Source: an uncultured Nitrososphaerota archaeon (lineage in GTDB: Archaea > Korarchaeota > Korarchaeia > Korarchaeales > Korarchaeaceae). Taken from it: a stretch of DNA of 32,000 bases. The position numbers were made by a program, and so were the translations under genes. Location: contig CAYZRF010000019.1 of the NCBI GenBank assembly GCA_964480775.1, positions 3,381 through 35,380 on the forward strand, read 5' to 3'. The notes under the pieces were generated by a model. That model searched no databases. It worked only from the letters and a program-made list of their open reading frames with translations, and was not told the DNA's origin. Positions 7,513 to 16,055 of this stretch are shown here, in pieces; within the stretch, counting starts at the first letter, position 1; each line of letters begins with the position of its first letter.

Positions 7513-8625
7513 TTACCTCAGTGCCTTTTCCCATCTCATCCTGTAGCTGAGAATCTGAGAATCCTTCACTACGCTAATGACTAGTGTTTTATTAACGCTA
7601 GTAGCTACTCTACCAACTCTCAACAAGTTAACAGGTGTGATAAGTTCATCTGGATAACTTACTACGCACAAATAAGGAGCATGATCTATTCCCGGACCCT
7701 TTTCGTAGATCAAGTAATGTCCACCATACTTGGCTGCAGATGACTTCACAACATAACCTAGGTCCCTCCAAAAGGAGTAAGTCACTATCCTTGCATCCGC
7801 CTTTGATCTGAACTTTTTAACGATATCTAGAATTTCTTTCTGAGAAAGAACCTTCCCTTTCGAATCCTTGATCTTTAGAACCCCCTTCTTGTTTAGATAG
7901 ACGGCTTCTACAAGCGATAGTTGCAAAGGAAGCTTGTACTTCTTGTTCGGCTTTGGTTTTTTAACCCCCATGGGGTGCCCCCAAAAACCATTCATATAGA
8001 ATTCTGAGCCAATTTCTGGGTCCCAAATGACTACTCTATCATGTATAAGAATGCCTTCTGCTTCGGGAAGTTTGTCTAACCCAAAATCTCTTATCTTGCT
8101 TGGCATGAAGTTTTCAGCATAATAATAGGTTATATCCGACTCCGTACCAACAATAGCGAGAAGTAACTTCTTTCTTAACCTGCCAGCATGAAGTACGGCC
8201 CTAAGTATCTCATTCTGTTTGATTAGCTCGTCTTCTGACATGGGTAGTACCAAGATGTTTGCAGCCTTCAATCCTATTGCGGCTCCTGGCGGATATAATC
8301 GTAGGAAAGGGGTTTTAGGTTCGTATCTGACCAGTCTTCCTCTTTTTCTTAGGTCTTGAAAAACCAAAAATTTCAGGAAGTCCTCCGATTTCTTCTCACT
8401 GAGAACCCGTAGTAGTGGATCTATTCCCTTCCCATTACTCCCCTTCACTTCTAGTTTGCCGATCCATGCTAAGTAGGCTGCCTCTACAATGCTTAGCTTT
8501 AAGAAACCGTCCTCCTCAAACCCATATCCCTTTAATCTGAGCTGTTCCAAAACTTTTGGATCTGCAGATATCTCCACCCACTCTCCTTTCAAATCGCCAA
8601 CGATCTTTAGTGAAGCTTCTTCCAT
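7513..8625 (-). CDS. endA: tRNA-splicing endonuclease, single chain with two EndA repeats (N-terminal structural, C-terminal catalytic)
   Basis: The C-terminal repeat carries [47 protein letters not shown] and [11 protein letters not shown], giving a Tyr/His/Lys triad context. The N-terminal repeat carries [30 protein letters not shown] and [11 protein letters not shown], with Asn where the catalytic His would be. Confidence 0.85.
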   Translation of the reverse strand: [370 protein letters not shown]

Positions 8626-8668
8626 CGAGAAGATATTAGCGATCTTGTTTAATATAGTTGGGGTCCTC

Positions 8669-9604
8669 TCAAGGAATCCTTTTTGCCATGTTTAAGGCTT
8701 CGAACAAGGTATTCATTATCATGTCAGCAAAATCTTCGTTTATTTCGGGTTTTGTTCCTGATCTAACGTGATTCACAGCATACCCAAGTTCTTCAAGAAG
8801 TGGCTCCCTCCATCTGGGTCTCTTGATGCGAGACTCCTCTCCTTTATCAACGCCAACCTCCTGACTCATATAGTTAAGCCAAATGCTACCGTTTGAAGCA
8901 GTAACTCTTATGCTCCTAATTCCTATAGGGGTAAGCCAGTTTGACTCAATAATACCCACAGTACTCCCATACCTAAGTATCAAGATAGAAATGTCCTCAT
9001 TCTCACTGTTAAGCATTCGACTAGTAAAACAAGATATTGGAGTCGGTTTCTCCCCAGCAAGGTAGGTTTGTGCATATAGTTCATGTATTCCTAGGTCCAG
9101 CGTAACCCCTATCTCCCACTTAAGGCTTCTCTTGGGGAACCGCCCTATCCTTCTTGAGGATAGGGTCAGTAAGTCGCCCAATTCCCCAGAATCAACGATC
9201 TCCTTCATCAATCTGAAACCAGGATTGAAAAGCTCGATGAATCCTGGTACAAAGATTAGATCTTCTCTATTAATTTTCGAAAAGAGGTCCTTCCAATCAG
9301 AAGCTTTTGTCGCCAATGGCTTCTCTAGGAGAATATTTACTCCATATTCTGCTACCTTTATGGCCGTCTTTGCTAAATACTGTGGAGTGACAGCAATGCT
9401 AACAAGATCCAAATTTTCGTTCCTCAGCATTTCTTCCACATCTGCATACGCTGAGGCCCCGTACATTGATGCAAGCCTTCTCGCCCTCTTTATGTTAAGG
9501 TCAGCCACTCCTTTCAGTTCTACCCCAGGTATTTCCCTGTAAACTCGAGCATGAGCCTCTCCAAACCATCCACAGCCAACTATGCCAGTTCTGACTAGTG
9601 TCAC
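8669..9604 (-). CDS. Gfo/Idh/MocA-family NAD(P)-dependent oxidoreductase
   Basis: The N-terminal Rossmann motif is GIVGCGWFG, EKP is present in LLEKPLA, and the C-terminal alpha/beta domain is typical of the family. The likely start is GTG 9604, preceded by GGAGGT with 7-nt spacing. The track start TTG 9619 lies inside that SD. Confidence 0.75.
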   Translation of the reverse strand: MTLVRTGIVGCGWFGEAHARVYREIPGVELKGVADLNIKRARRLASMYGASAYADVEEMLRNENLDLVSIAVTPQYLAKTAIKVAEYGVNILLEKPLATKASDWKDLFSKINREDLIFVPGFIELFNPGFRLMKEIVDSGELGDLLTLSSRRIGRFPKRSLKWEIGVTLDLGIHELYAQTYLAGEKPTPISCFTSRMLNSENEDISILILRYGSTVGIIESNWLTPIGIRSIRVTASNGSIWLNYMSQEVGVDKGEESRIKRPRWREPLLEELGYAVNHVRSGTKPEINEDFADMIMNTLFEALNMAKRIP

Positions 9605-9678
9605 CGTCTTTACCTCCAACCATCACAGGGTAAGGTAAATGAAATATAAGAAGACAACTAGAATTTGTCGAATTTGAA

Positions 9679-10518
9679 TTGAATAAAGTGACGGGCTATC
9701 TAAGACTATTAAGGCCTAAAAATGCCTTGATGTCAGCTATTGGAACGACTATAGGCTGGTTGACTGGTGCTAACAACGAATTTGTACGTTATCTCATAGC
9801 AGTGATGATTCCGCCTCTAGTATTAATGGGAGGAAACGCCATAAATGACTTTTTTGATTTCGAGATAGACGCAATAAACAGGCCCGATAGGCCCATACCA
9901 CAAGGTATAATTAGCAGGAGAGAAGCCTTCTTGTCTTATGTTATATTATCTCTAGTTGCTATAGCATTATCTTCGTTGTTGGGATGGATGCCTTTTATCA
10001 TAGCTTCACTGTTTGCTCTTGCTTGGTATTTTTATGCAAAAACCCTAAAGGCTAAAGGTCTTATTGGAAATATCGTTGTAAGCACAGGTGTAGGCTTCAC
10101 AATAATTTTTGGCTTCTTATCTGCGTCTGGTGAACACCTTATATTACCCATAACTCTAGCGCTGATAGCTTTTTCAGCCAATCTAGCAAGAGAAATAGTA
10201 AAAACCGTTGAGGATCTGCCAGGAGACAAAAAGGCGGGACTCTCAACAGTACCTATTAGATTCGGGATAGAGAAAACCAAGACTTTAACAAAAGGGTTAA
10301 TCGCCTTAACATGCTTGTTGGCGATTACACCTTTCTTCTTAGGATTAATGGGCGTGCTTTATTTGATCTTTTCTGTACTCTCTGTTTCAATGTTAGCTTA
10401 CATCTTATTGCGAACAGATAGCCTATCTATCAAATCTGCAGGCGATTTTAGCAAATTTCTCAAGATAGCTATGGCCCTAGGACTTTTAGGTATGTTGTTA
10501 GACCTGATATTTAGGTAG
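9679..10518 (+). CDS. UbiA-family prenyltransferase, most likely digeranylgeranylglyceryl phosphate (DGGGP) synthase
   Basis: The N-terminus is LLRPKNA and the first Asp-rich motif is NAINDFFDFEIDAINRPDRPIP. The second motif region is REIVKTVEDLPGDKKAG. There are about 8 TM helices. The start is non-ATG (TTG 9679 or GTG 9688). Confidence 0.75.
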   Translation: MNKVTGYLRLLRPKNALMSAIGTTIGWLTGANNEFVRYLIAVMIPPLVLMGGNAINDFFDFEIDAINRPDRPIPQGIISRREAFLSYVILSLVAIALSSLLGWMPFIIASLFALAWYFYAKTLKAKGLIGNIVVSTGVGFTIIFGFLSASGEHLILPITLALIAFSANLAREIVKTVEDLPGDKKAGLSTVPIRFGIEKTKTLTKGLIALTCLLAITPFFLGLMGVLYLIFSVLSVSMLAYILLRTDSLSIKSAGDFSKFLKIAMALGLLGMLLDLIFR

Positions 10519-11316
10519 GAGCTTCTTCAGAAGGGATCTTCTCTCCAATACCCCTAAGAGACTCATCCTAGAGTCTACAACAGGTACTGCTGGAATTCCG
10601 TTCTCAACAACTGTTTGAACTATTTTACCCAAGTTATCAGAGGTTCCGACAGTAGGAGGATTTTCAAGCATGATATCCTCAACTATTATCCTCCTTACAA
10701 CGCTATCCATAATTCTTGATGGAAAATTCTCTCTTACCTGATAAAATGTCTTTGCAAGAGCCATTTCGGTAACTATGCCGAGAAGCTTTTCTCCACTACA
10801 TACTGGAAGGAGTCTAGATCGGGTTTCAAGCATAACAGTCCTGGCATGAACAGCCCTCTGTCCAGGATTTATTCTGGGATGCTTTGGATTCATTAATTTC
10901 TCGGCCGTAGCTCCGTTCTCACCCTCCAATAGCTTCAGAAGGTCGGTTTCTGTGACTACTCCAACAACCTCAGAATTCTTTATAACAGGGATTATTTCGA
11001 CGTCCTGAGAAATCATAATATCGGCTGCTTTGCTGGCATCTGCATTCTGTTCTATGGTTATTGGGGGTTCTGTCATCAGAGCACTTACATATATTCTTCT
11101 TGCTTGGATTTTTTGAAATCTATAGGAACCCAAGCCGTCCATTATTTCTCTAGCTGTTAGGATGCCAACAAGCCCCCTTTCCTTATTTAGTACGATCAAG
11201 TGAGTAACTTCTTTCTTGTCCATCAGTTCGAGGGCGACTCCAACTATCTCATCTTTGCTTATGGCAACTCCGGGTTTACTCATTATATCTTTAACTAGAA
11301 CTCTTTTCCTTGGCAA
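10498..11316 (-). CDS. CBS-domain-only protein (four CBS motifs, two Bateman modules)
   Basis: There are four repeats of the CBS pattern (V.DIM....v...... h..hpVv... .l.GIvT..Dl), and no other domain is recognisable. The gene overlaps the upstream CBS gene by 26 nt (alternative ATG at 11283). Its 3' end converges on and overlaps the DGGGPS gene. Confidence 0.8.
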   Translation of the reverse strand: MPRKRVLVKDIMSKPGVAISKDEIVGVALELMDKKEVTHLIVLNKERGLVGILTAREIMDGLGSYRFQKIQARRIYVSALMTEPPITIEQNADASKAADIMISQDVEIIPVIKNSEVVGVVTETDLLKLLEGENGATAEKLMNPKHPRINPGQRAVHARTVMLETRSRLLPVCSGEKLLGIVTEMALAKTFYQVRENFPSRIMDSVVRRIIVEDIMLENPPTVGTSDNLGKIVQTVVENGIPAVPVVDSRMSLLGVLERRSLLKKLLPKYQV

Positions 11317-12136
11317 TTATTATCCCTTTAATAACGTCTGTCTTAGTAATTAAACCTTCTAATTTCTCTCCATCAGAAGAGACGGGGAAACCGCTAAAGC
11401 CGAATTCAAGCATCATTCGGGCAGCTTTTGCCGCATCATCCTTCGGCTTAACTGTGACGACAGGGCTTTTCATGATCTCTCCCACAGTTTTTGCCTTTAC
11501 CCCCTTGACCTCCCTCCCTGCTAAGGTTTCTATGACAATCCTCTTCCTGGACCAGATAGCTCCTACGTATGCAAGATCCGTCTCTGTGACTATTCCTAGG
11601 ATCCTTTTCGCCGAATCCGTTACTACTAACCTCTTAACTTTCTCTTTCATCATTAACTTAGCGGCCTTCTTTATGTTATCAGTTTCCTTTACCGTTATTA
11701 CATCTCTTTTCATCAAATCCTTAACGCTAAAAATTCCTCTCATTTTTTCCGCGAAAAACCTGACCAAATCAGTCTTAGTCAATAAACCCACTAACGAGTT
11801 TGAACTCACAACAGGTAAACCACTAATTCCCAGATCAATCATTAACTTAGCGGCCTCATATAGGCTTGTATCAGGGGATATCGTTACAGGATCCTTCGTC
11901 ATGTAAGTTCCAATGAGAGAATTCTCAAGAGATCTCCATTTCCATGGAGCTCGCCTGCTAGACAGAATTCTAACTATGTCTCGAAGGGTAAGAATTCCAA
12001 CGAGTTTACCTTCCCTGTTAACAACCAATAGCCTTTTTATTCCTCTCTCTAACATGAGATTTCTAGCATGAGAGATCGTATCACTTGGATATACAGTTAT
12101 TACTTCTGTAATCATGTAATCTCTAGCTTTATACAA
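11291..12136 (-). CDS. CBS-domain-only protein (four CBS motifs)
   Basis: Four CBS repeats are visible, for example KRLLVVNREGKLVGILTLRDIV, SGLPVVSSNSLVGLLTKTDLV, KRLVVTDSAKRILGIVTETDL and SGFPVSSDGEKLEGLITKTDV. Confidence 0.8.
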   Translation of the reverse strand: MYKARDYMITEVITVYPSDTISHARNLMLERGIKRLLVVNREGKLVGILTLRDIVRILSSRRAPWKWRSLENSLIGTYMTKDPVTISPDTSLYEAAKLMIDLGISGLPVVSSNSLVGLLTKTDLVRFFAEKMRGIFSVKDLMKRDVITVKETDNIKKAAKLMMKEKVKRLVVTDSAKRILGIVTETDLAYVGAIWSRKRIVIETLAGREVKGVKAKTVGEIMKSPVVTVKPKDDAAKAARMMLEFGFSGFPVSSDGEKLEGLITKTDVIKGIIIAKEKSSS

Positions 12137-12147
12137 AACCCTCCCCC

Positions 12148-12639
12148 CTAAATGAGGCCTAAAGCCCCTCTTGGAGATTTAGCCAACCTTAATCTCTCTG
12201 AAAGAATGAACCAAATGTGGGGGGCTTCTCTCAGGATATCTTTCATGGAAATAATTCCCATGGGCCTTCCCGAATTATCCACAACAACCAGTCTCCTGAT
12301 ATCGTACTCGCTCATCATTTTAGCTGCCTCAAATATGTCTGCATCTCCACTTATTGTGATTAAGTCCTTGGTCATGATTTCTTCTGCACTTACATCTCTA
12401 GGAAGTCTGTCTCTTATTTTGGCGACGCACCTTTTGATGATATCTCTCTCTGTTATTATTCCAACGATCTTCTCGTTAGCTCTTACGAGAACAGAGCCTA
12501 TTCCATATTTATCCATCATCTCCGCCACGTCGACTACGCTAACAGAGGGCTCTACGCTAATGATGTTTGGAGTCATAACCTCAGATACCCTTATCTTCAG
12601 ACCTTCAAGTTCGTCCTCAGGTTCAGGTACGAGCGCCAT
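12148..12639 (-). CDS. CBS-domain-only protein (one Bateman module)
   Basis: Two CBS repeats are visible: GSVLVRANEKIVGIITERDI and RRLVVVDNSGRPMGIISMKDI. The start lies 4 nt after the stop of the NFACT gene. Confidence 0.8.
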   Translation of the reverse strand: MALVPEPEDELEGLKIRVSEVMTPNIISVEPSVSVVDVAEMMDKYGIGSVLVRANEKIVGIITERDIIKRCVAKIRDRLPRDVSAEEIMTKDLITISGDADIFEAAKMMSEYDIRRLVVVDNSGRPMGIISMKDILREAPHIWFILSERLRLAKSPRGALGLI

Positions 12640-12643
12640 AAGA

Positions 12644-14578
12644 TCACCTCCTTAATATTCTAAACTTTCCCGGGGGGAGGGCCCTCATAATTTCATCAAG
12701 ATCAAGATATAAAGACATACTTGTTACTTTTTTTAACTCGTTCTCAAGCACTTCCTTTATCATTTTTGCCGCCGTTAACTTCTCTATCTCCCCCGGAATC
12801 ACAAGGACCTTTGCTTTCATTACATTCGATGCTTCGGGCGGGCAAGAAGTAACTCTAGCCTCTCCTTCTAGCTCCCAAACGCCGATAGCAAGTTCTAATC
12901 TACCCTTTAAATAGTTTCTTTTTCCGCTGATGTAAAAAGAGCCTTTTGGAATGTACATTTTTGGTGGAGGATGGCTTGAAACCTGATTTCCTTTGACGTA
13001 ATATACGTCAGCGTAACTTAACCCCTCCCTCCAAGCCTTAGAAAAGGAAGCAGCATAATCTGCTGCTTGTGTTAGCGTCTCTTCCCCAACAATATCTCCT
13101 TCCGTTTTAACTAAGACAACTGCTCCACCAGGCTGCTCTACATGAAAGAAGAGATCGTCTACCTCCAAGTATCTTCTGACAAGTTCTCTGTTGGTAGATC
13201 TGTCCCTACCAGCCACGATCAAGAAACCCTCTGTCGAAAAGAACCACCTAAATTTCTCGAACCACCTTTTCCTTCTTCTGATCTTCGGCTCTTTTGACAC
13301 ATGCAATATTTCAGCTTGGCTCTTCATGGCTGATAATCTGTTTTCCAAAATCTTGAGCATCTCCTTTCCTCTCTTTATCTTTATACTCAGCTTTTTTGCC
13401 CTATCATAATAGCTAGAAGCATTTTCTGAGGCAGTTTTTGTGATGTCTACATCAACAGGGATACCTCCTATCATTATCTTAGCAAGATGCTTAGATCTAT
13501 CAACAGATATCACTCTTTTATCCATAGTTCCTTTACGTATCATCTCAATGATAGACTGGGCTTCATAAAGGTTTGAAAATAACAGCTCTCCTTTTAGCCT
13601 TAGTTCAGAAAGTTCTTCCTCATACCCCTTGAGAATGTTCCTTTGTTGACTCAATTCTATTTCCAGAGCTCTAACCTTTTTTTCTAGATCTAAAAGAGCC
13701 CTGTCTTTTACAGCACTTGTTATTATAGGAGAAAAATACTCTTCAAGTAAATCTGATAAGGATTTCATGGACTTCACATCATATTTTGTCGTTAATGACT
13801 CCAAAGGAAAAACAGAGAAATTCACCATCTTTTCTTTCGAAAAATATATGACAGGTTCTGGTTCTTTTGTAACTTTCTTTGTTAACCACAATATAGCATT
13901 GCTGAAAGAGATTTTCTGGTCTCTTGTCAATTCTCCTACCTTTAAATTTGCAGTTAATTCGCTCTTTAACAAAACCTCATCAATGTAAGGAGGGCCTATG
14001 CCTATTTCTAACAAAAACCTCCAAATCTCTAATTCTTTGCGTTGATTTATTACACGAAGGAGACTTTCTTCATTCTTTACCTCAATAATTGAAGGAATTG
14101 AGCTAGGTTTTGGAGGGAGCTTGTATGTCTCATGTCTTCTCAATATCCTATCTCTAACCCTAATGCTCCTGGCTAATTGAAGAATTTCTCCCTCCTCATC
14201 AGTTAGAATTAGGTTCCCCTTTCCAAAGAGTTCAACTATAAGCTTACCTGAATATGCGCCCTCAAAATCGAAGATTAGTAAACGCTCCATGTCCGGTTGT
14301 ACTATATTCACGATCCTAGCGTTTGCTAACCTCTTTCTTAGTCCCATTGCAAGTGATGATGGATATTTTGGCTTGGGCCACTCACGTTTGCTCAGAAATA
14401 GGCAATTCCTAGTTGCCAAAATAAGTTCTCTTCTACCGTTCAGATCTGGCCAAATCGTTAATGAAAAAATGTCACGACCAATTTGGTAGACTTTTTTTAT
14501 TCTTCTACCCTTTAATGGCTCTAATTCTCTTGTTAAATAGTGAAGCTCGATGCTAGCTATGCTTTCCCTTCTTTTCAT
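12644..14578 (-). CDS. NFACT-family protein (Rqc2/RqcH/NEMF homologue, FbpA-like), ribosome quality control type
   Basis: The N-terminal NFACT-N pattern is ELEPLKGRRIKKVYQIGRDIFSLTI...LILATRNCLFL. A central coiled-coil region follows. The NFACT-R/DUF814-like block is FLIVAGRDRSTNRELVRRYLEVDDLFFHVEQPGGAVVLVK. The 644-aa length is typical of archaeal members. Confidence 0.85.
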   Translation of the reverse strand: MKRRESIASIELHYLTRELEPLKGRRIKKVYQIGRDIFSLTIWPDLNGRRELILATRNCLFLSKREWPKPKYPSSLAMGLRKRLANARIVNIVQPDMERLLIFDFEGAYSGKLIVELFGKGNLILTDEEGEILQLARSIRVRDRILRRHETYKLPPKPSSIPSIIEVKNEESLLRVINQRKELEIWRFLLEIGIGPPYIDEVLLKSELTANLKVGELTRDQKISFSNAILWLTKKVTKEPEPVIYFSKEKMVNFSVFPLESLTTKYDVKSMKSLSDLLEEYFSPIITSAVKDRALLDLEKKVRALEIELSQQRNILKGYEEELSELRLKGELLFSNLYEAQSIIEMIRKGTMDKRVISVDRSKHLAKIMIGGIPVDVDITKTASENASSYYDRAKKLSIKIKRGKEMLKILENRLSAMKSQAEILHVSKEPKIRRRKRWFEKFRWFFSTEGFLIVAGRDRSTNRELVRRYLEVDDLFFHVEQPGGAVVLVKTEGDIVGEETLTQAADYAASFSKAWREGLSYADVYYVKGNQVSSHPPPKMYIPKGSFYISGKRNYLKGRLELAIGVWELEGEARVTSCPPEASNVMKAKVLVIPGEIEKLTAAKMIKEVLENELKKVTSMSLYLDLDEIMRALPPGKFRILRR

Positions 14579-14640
14579 CGGTGATTACCTACCACTTGAT
14601 TTTTTAAGGACTGAGTTTACCCGTTCTAATTCGAGGAGAA

Positions 14641-15537
14641 TTGGGCCTAAAAACAATGATCTTTTACACGAAGATTGCTGTTAGCCTCATAGCTGGGCTT
14701 CTAGCCGGTATTTTAGGCATAACTGGCGTAGCAGGCATAGCTTTCTTCATTTTCATGTTTTTCCTGTCAACTGCAATCCTTTTAACCATAAAAAGGGACT
14801 TTGTCTTTAACATAGGGTTCTACAAGACTTACAAAGAGGGAGTAGGCTCTTCAATAATCGCTTTCATTTTAACTTGGAGCATATCGACGAGCCTAATGCT
14901 TGGCCAGCCAACGATCTATGTTGCAACTTCATCAATCGGTCCTCAACCCATATCCTTCCCAAATGGAACCGTAGTTCCGCCAACCCTTAAACCCCTAAAT
15001 TCTACTTATAACGCGATATATGTGATAAAACCAAGCGAAAATAAGACTTGGAAGGTGATGTTGGGGGTTTACTCTGAATGCAAAGACGAAACCGCCTTAG
15101 ATCTGCCAAAATGCAGAGTAATCTATCAGAAGCAATATAACACTGTCAAACTGATCACAAAGATAGATATAGAGGAATTAACTCAGACTAAATCCAGATG
15201 GGGAATAGAGCTCTCAAAAGAGGACTCAGAAGTTTTCGTCTTTTATGAGGGAATAAGGGAACGTCTGGAAGAAGGAAAGGCTACATCAATAGAATTAAAG
15301 GAGGAAGGTTCTACGTATCTTATCCACGTATTTTATTCAACGAACGAAATAAGATTAGAAACTGATCGGTTAAAAATGGAAAATAACAACCTAAACATGA
15401 CAATGACCCCCTTCAGCGATACGACATCCTTCATATGTTTGCAGGAGGGCTTTCTTTATGCATTTGAACGGCCTCTCTATACTTTTAGAACAATAGGATT
15501 TGATGAAGAGTACCTAGTTCTTGAGGAGCTCCCGTAA
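14641..15537 (+). CDS. Membrane protein: N-terminal EMC6/Rab5ip-like three-helix module plus an uncharacterised C-terminal domain of about 210 aa
   Basis: Three hydrophobic helices occupy the first roughly 90 aa. AGILGITGVAGIAFFIF...KR...IIAFILTWSIS is colinear, from memory, with human EMC6 AGILGLTGLYGFIFYLL...KAGRR...FTYVLFWTFL. The C-terminal part has 4 N-x-S/T sequons and no recognisable motif. The start is TTG 14641 or ATG 14656. Confidence 0.6.
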   Translation: MGLKTMIFYTKIAVSLIAGLLAGILGITGVAGIAFFIFMFFLSTAILLTIKRDFVFNIGFYKTYKEGVGSSIIAFILTWSISTSLMLGQPTIYVATSSIGPQPISFPNGTVVPPTLKPLNSTYNAIYVIKPSENKTWKVMLGVYSECKDETALDLPKCRVIYQKQYNTVKLITKIDIEELTQTKSRWGIELSKEDSEVFVFYEGIRERLEEGKATSIELKEEGSTYLIHVFYSTNEIRLETDRLKMENNNLNMTMTPFSDTTSFICLQEGFLYAFERPLYTFRTIGFDEEYLVLEELP

Positions 15538-15556
15538 ATTTACGGGTGTGGCTGTT

Positions 15557-15979
15557 ATGAGCTACGAATATGTGGAATTTGGAGGCGACGCAAGCTTCAT
15601 TGCTAGAGGAAGAAACCTAAATGAACTGTTTCGTCAGGCAGCATTAGCCATGTATGAGATCATGGTTGATGTGAAAAAAGTGGATAAGGTTGAGGAGATC
15701 ACATTGGAACTGCGATCTCCAGATTTATTATTGTTGCTTCACGATTGGTTAAGCGAGTTGCTATACATCACGGACACCAAAGCCCTTGTATTCTCGGATT
15801 TTACGGTTGACATAACAAAAGAGGACTCAGAATATTTTTTGAGAGGAAAAGCATTAGGAGAAAAGCTAAATTTATTAAAACACAATCCAAAAACAGAAAT
15901 AAAGGCAGTAACTTATCATTTGCTGAGAATTCAAAAATCCGGGGACTTCTGGGAAGGAATTGTAGTTCTGGACCTTTAA
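15557..15979 (+). CDS. Archease (RtcB tRNA-ligase cofactor family)
   Basis: The protein is colinear with archaeal archeases: N-terminal YVEFGGDAS (conserved Asp retained, usual H-T-A replaced by F-G-G), LNELFRQAALAMYEIMVD, LLHDWLSELLY, GEKLNLLKHNPKTEIKAVTYH and C-terminal VVLDL. ATG 15557 is preferred over the track start 15521, which overlaps the upstream gene. Confidence 0.8.
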   Translation: MSYEYVEFGGDASFIARGRNLNELFRQAALAMYEIMVDVKKVDKVEEITLELRSPDLLLLLHDWLSELLYITDTKALVFSDFTVDITKEDSEYFLRGKALGEKLNLLKHNPKTEIKAVTYHLLRIQKSGDFWEGIVVLDL

Positions 15980-16055
15980 GGGAGAAAGGTTAATAATCGT
16001 GACCATAAAATCGGTTGAATCCGATCCATAATGGAGTCGACAAAGGTGGCCGAAA

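Noticed and set aside
8669-10518. Divergent pairing of the Gfo/Idh/MocA oxidoreductase with DGGGP synthase, as a possible lipid-modification module.
   Set aside because: Nothing in the sequence links the two beyond adjacency. Gfo/Idh/MocA enzymes are very diverse and frequently sit next to unrelated genes.
11310-12655. Very long plus-strand ORFs (11310..11906, 198 aa; 12152..12655, 167 aa) lie exactly opposite the CBS genes. The second spans the whole of CBS163.
   Set aside because: Their translations are S/L/I/T/F-rich low-complexity sequences typical of the stop-poor antisense frame of purine-first-codon genes. The minus-strand products have clear repeated CBS motifs.
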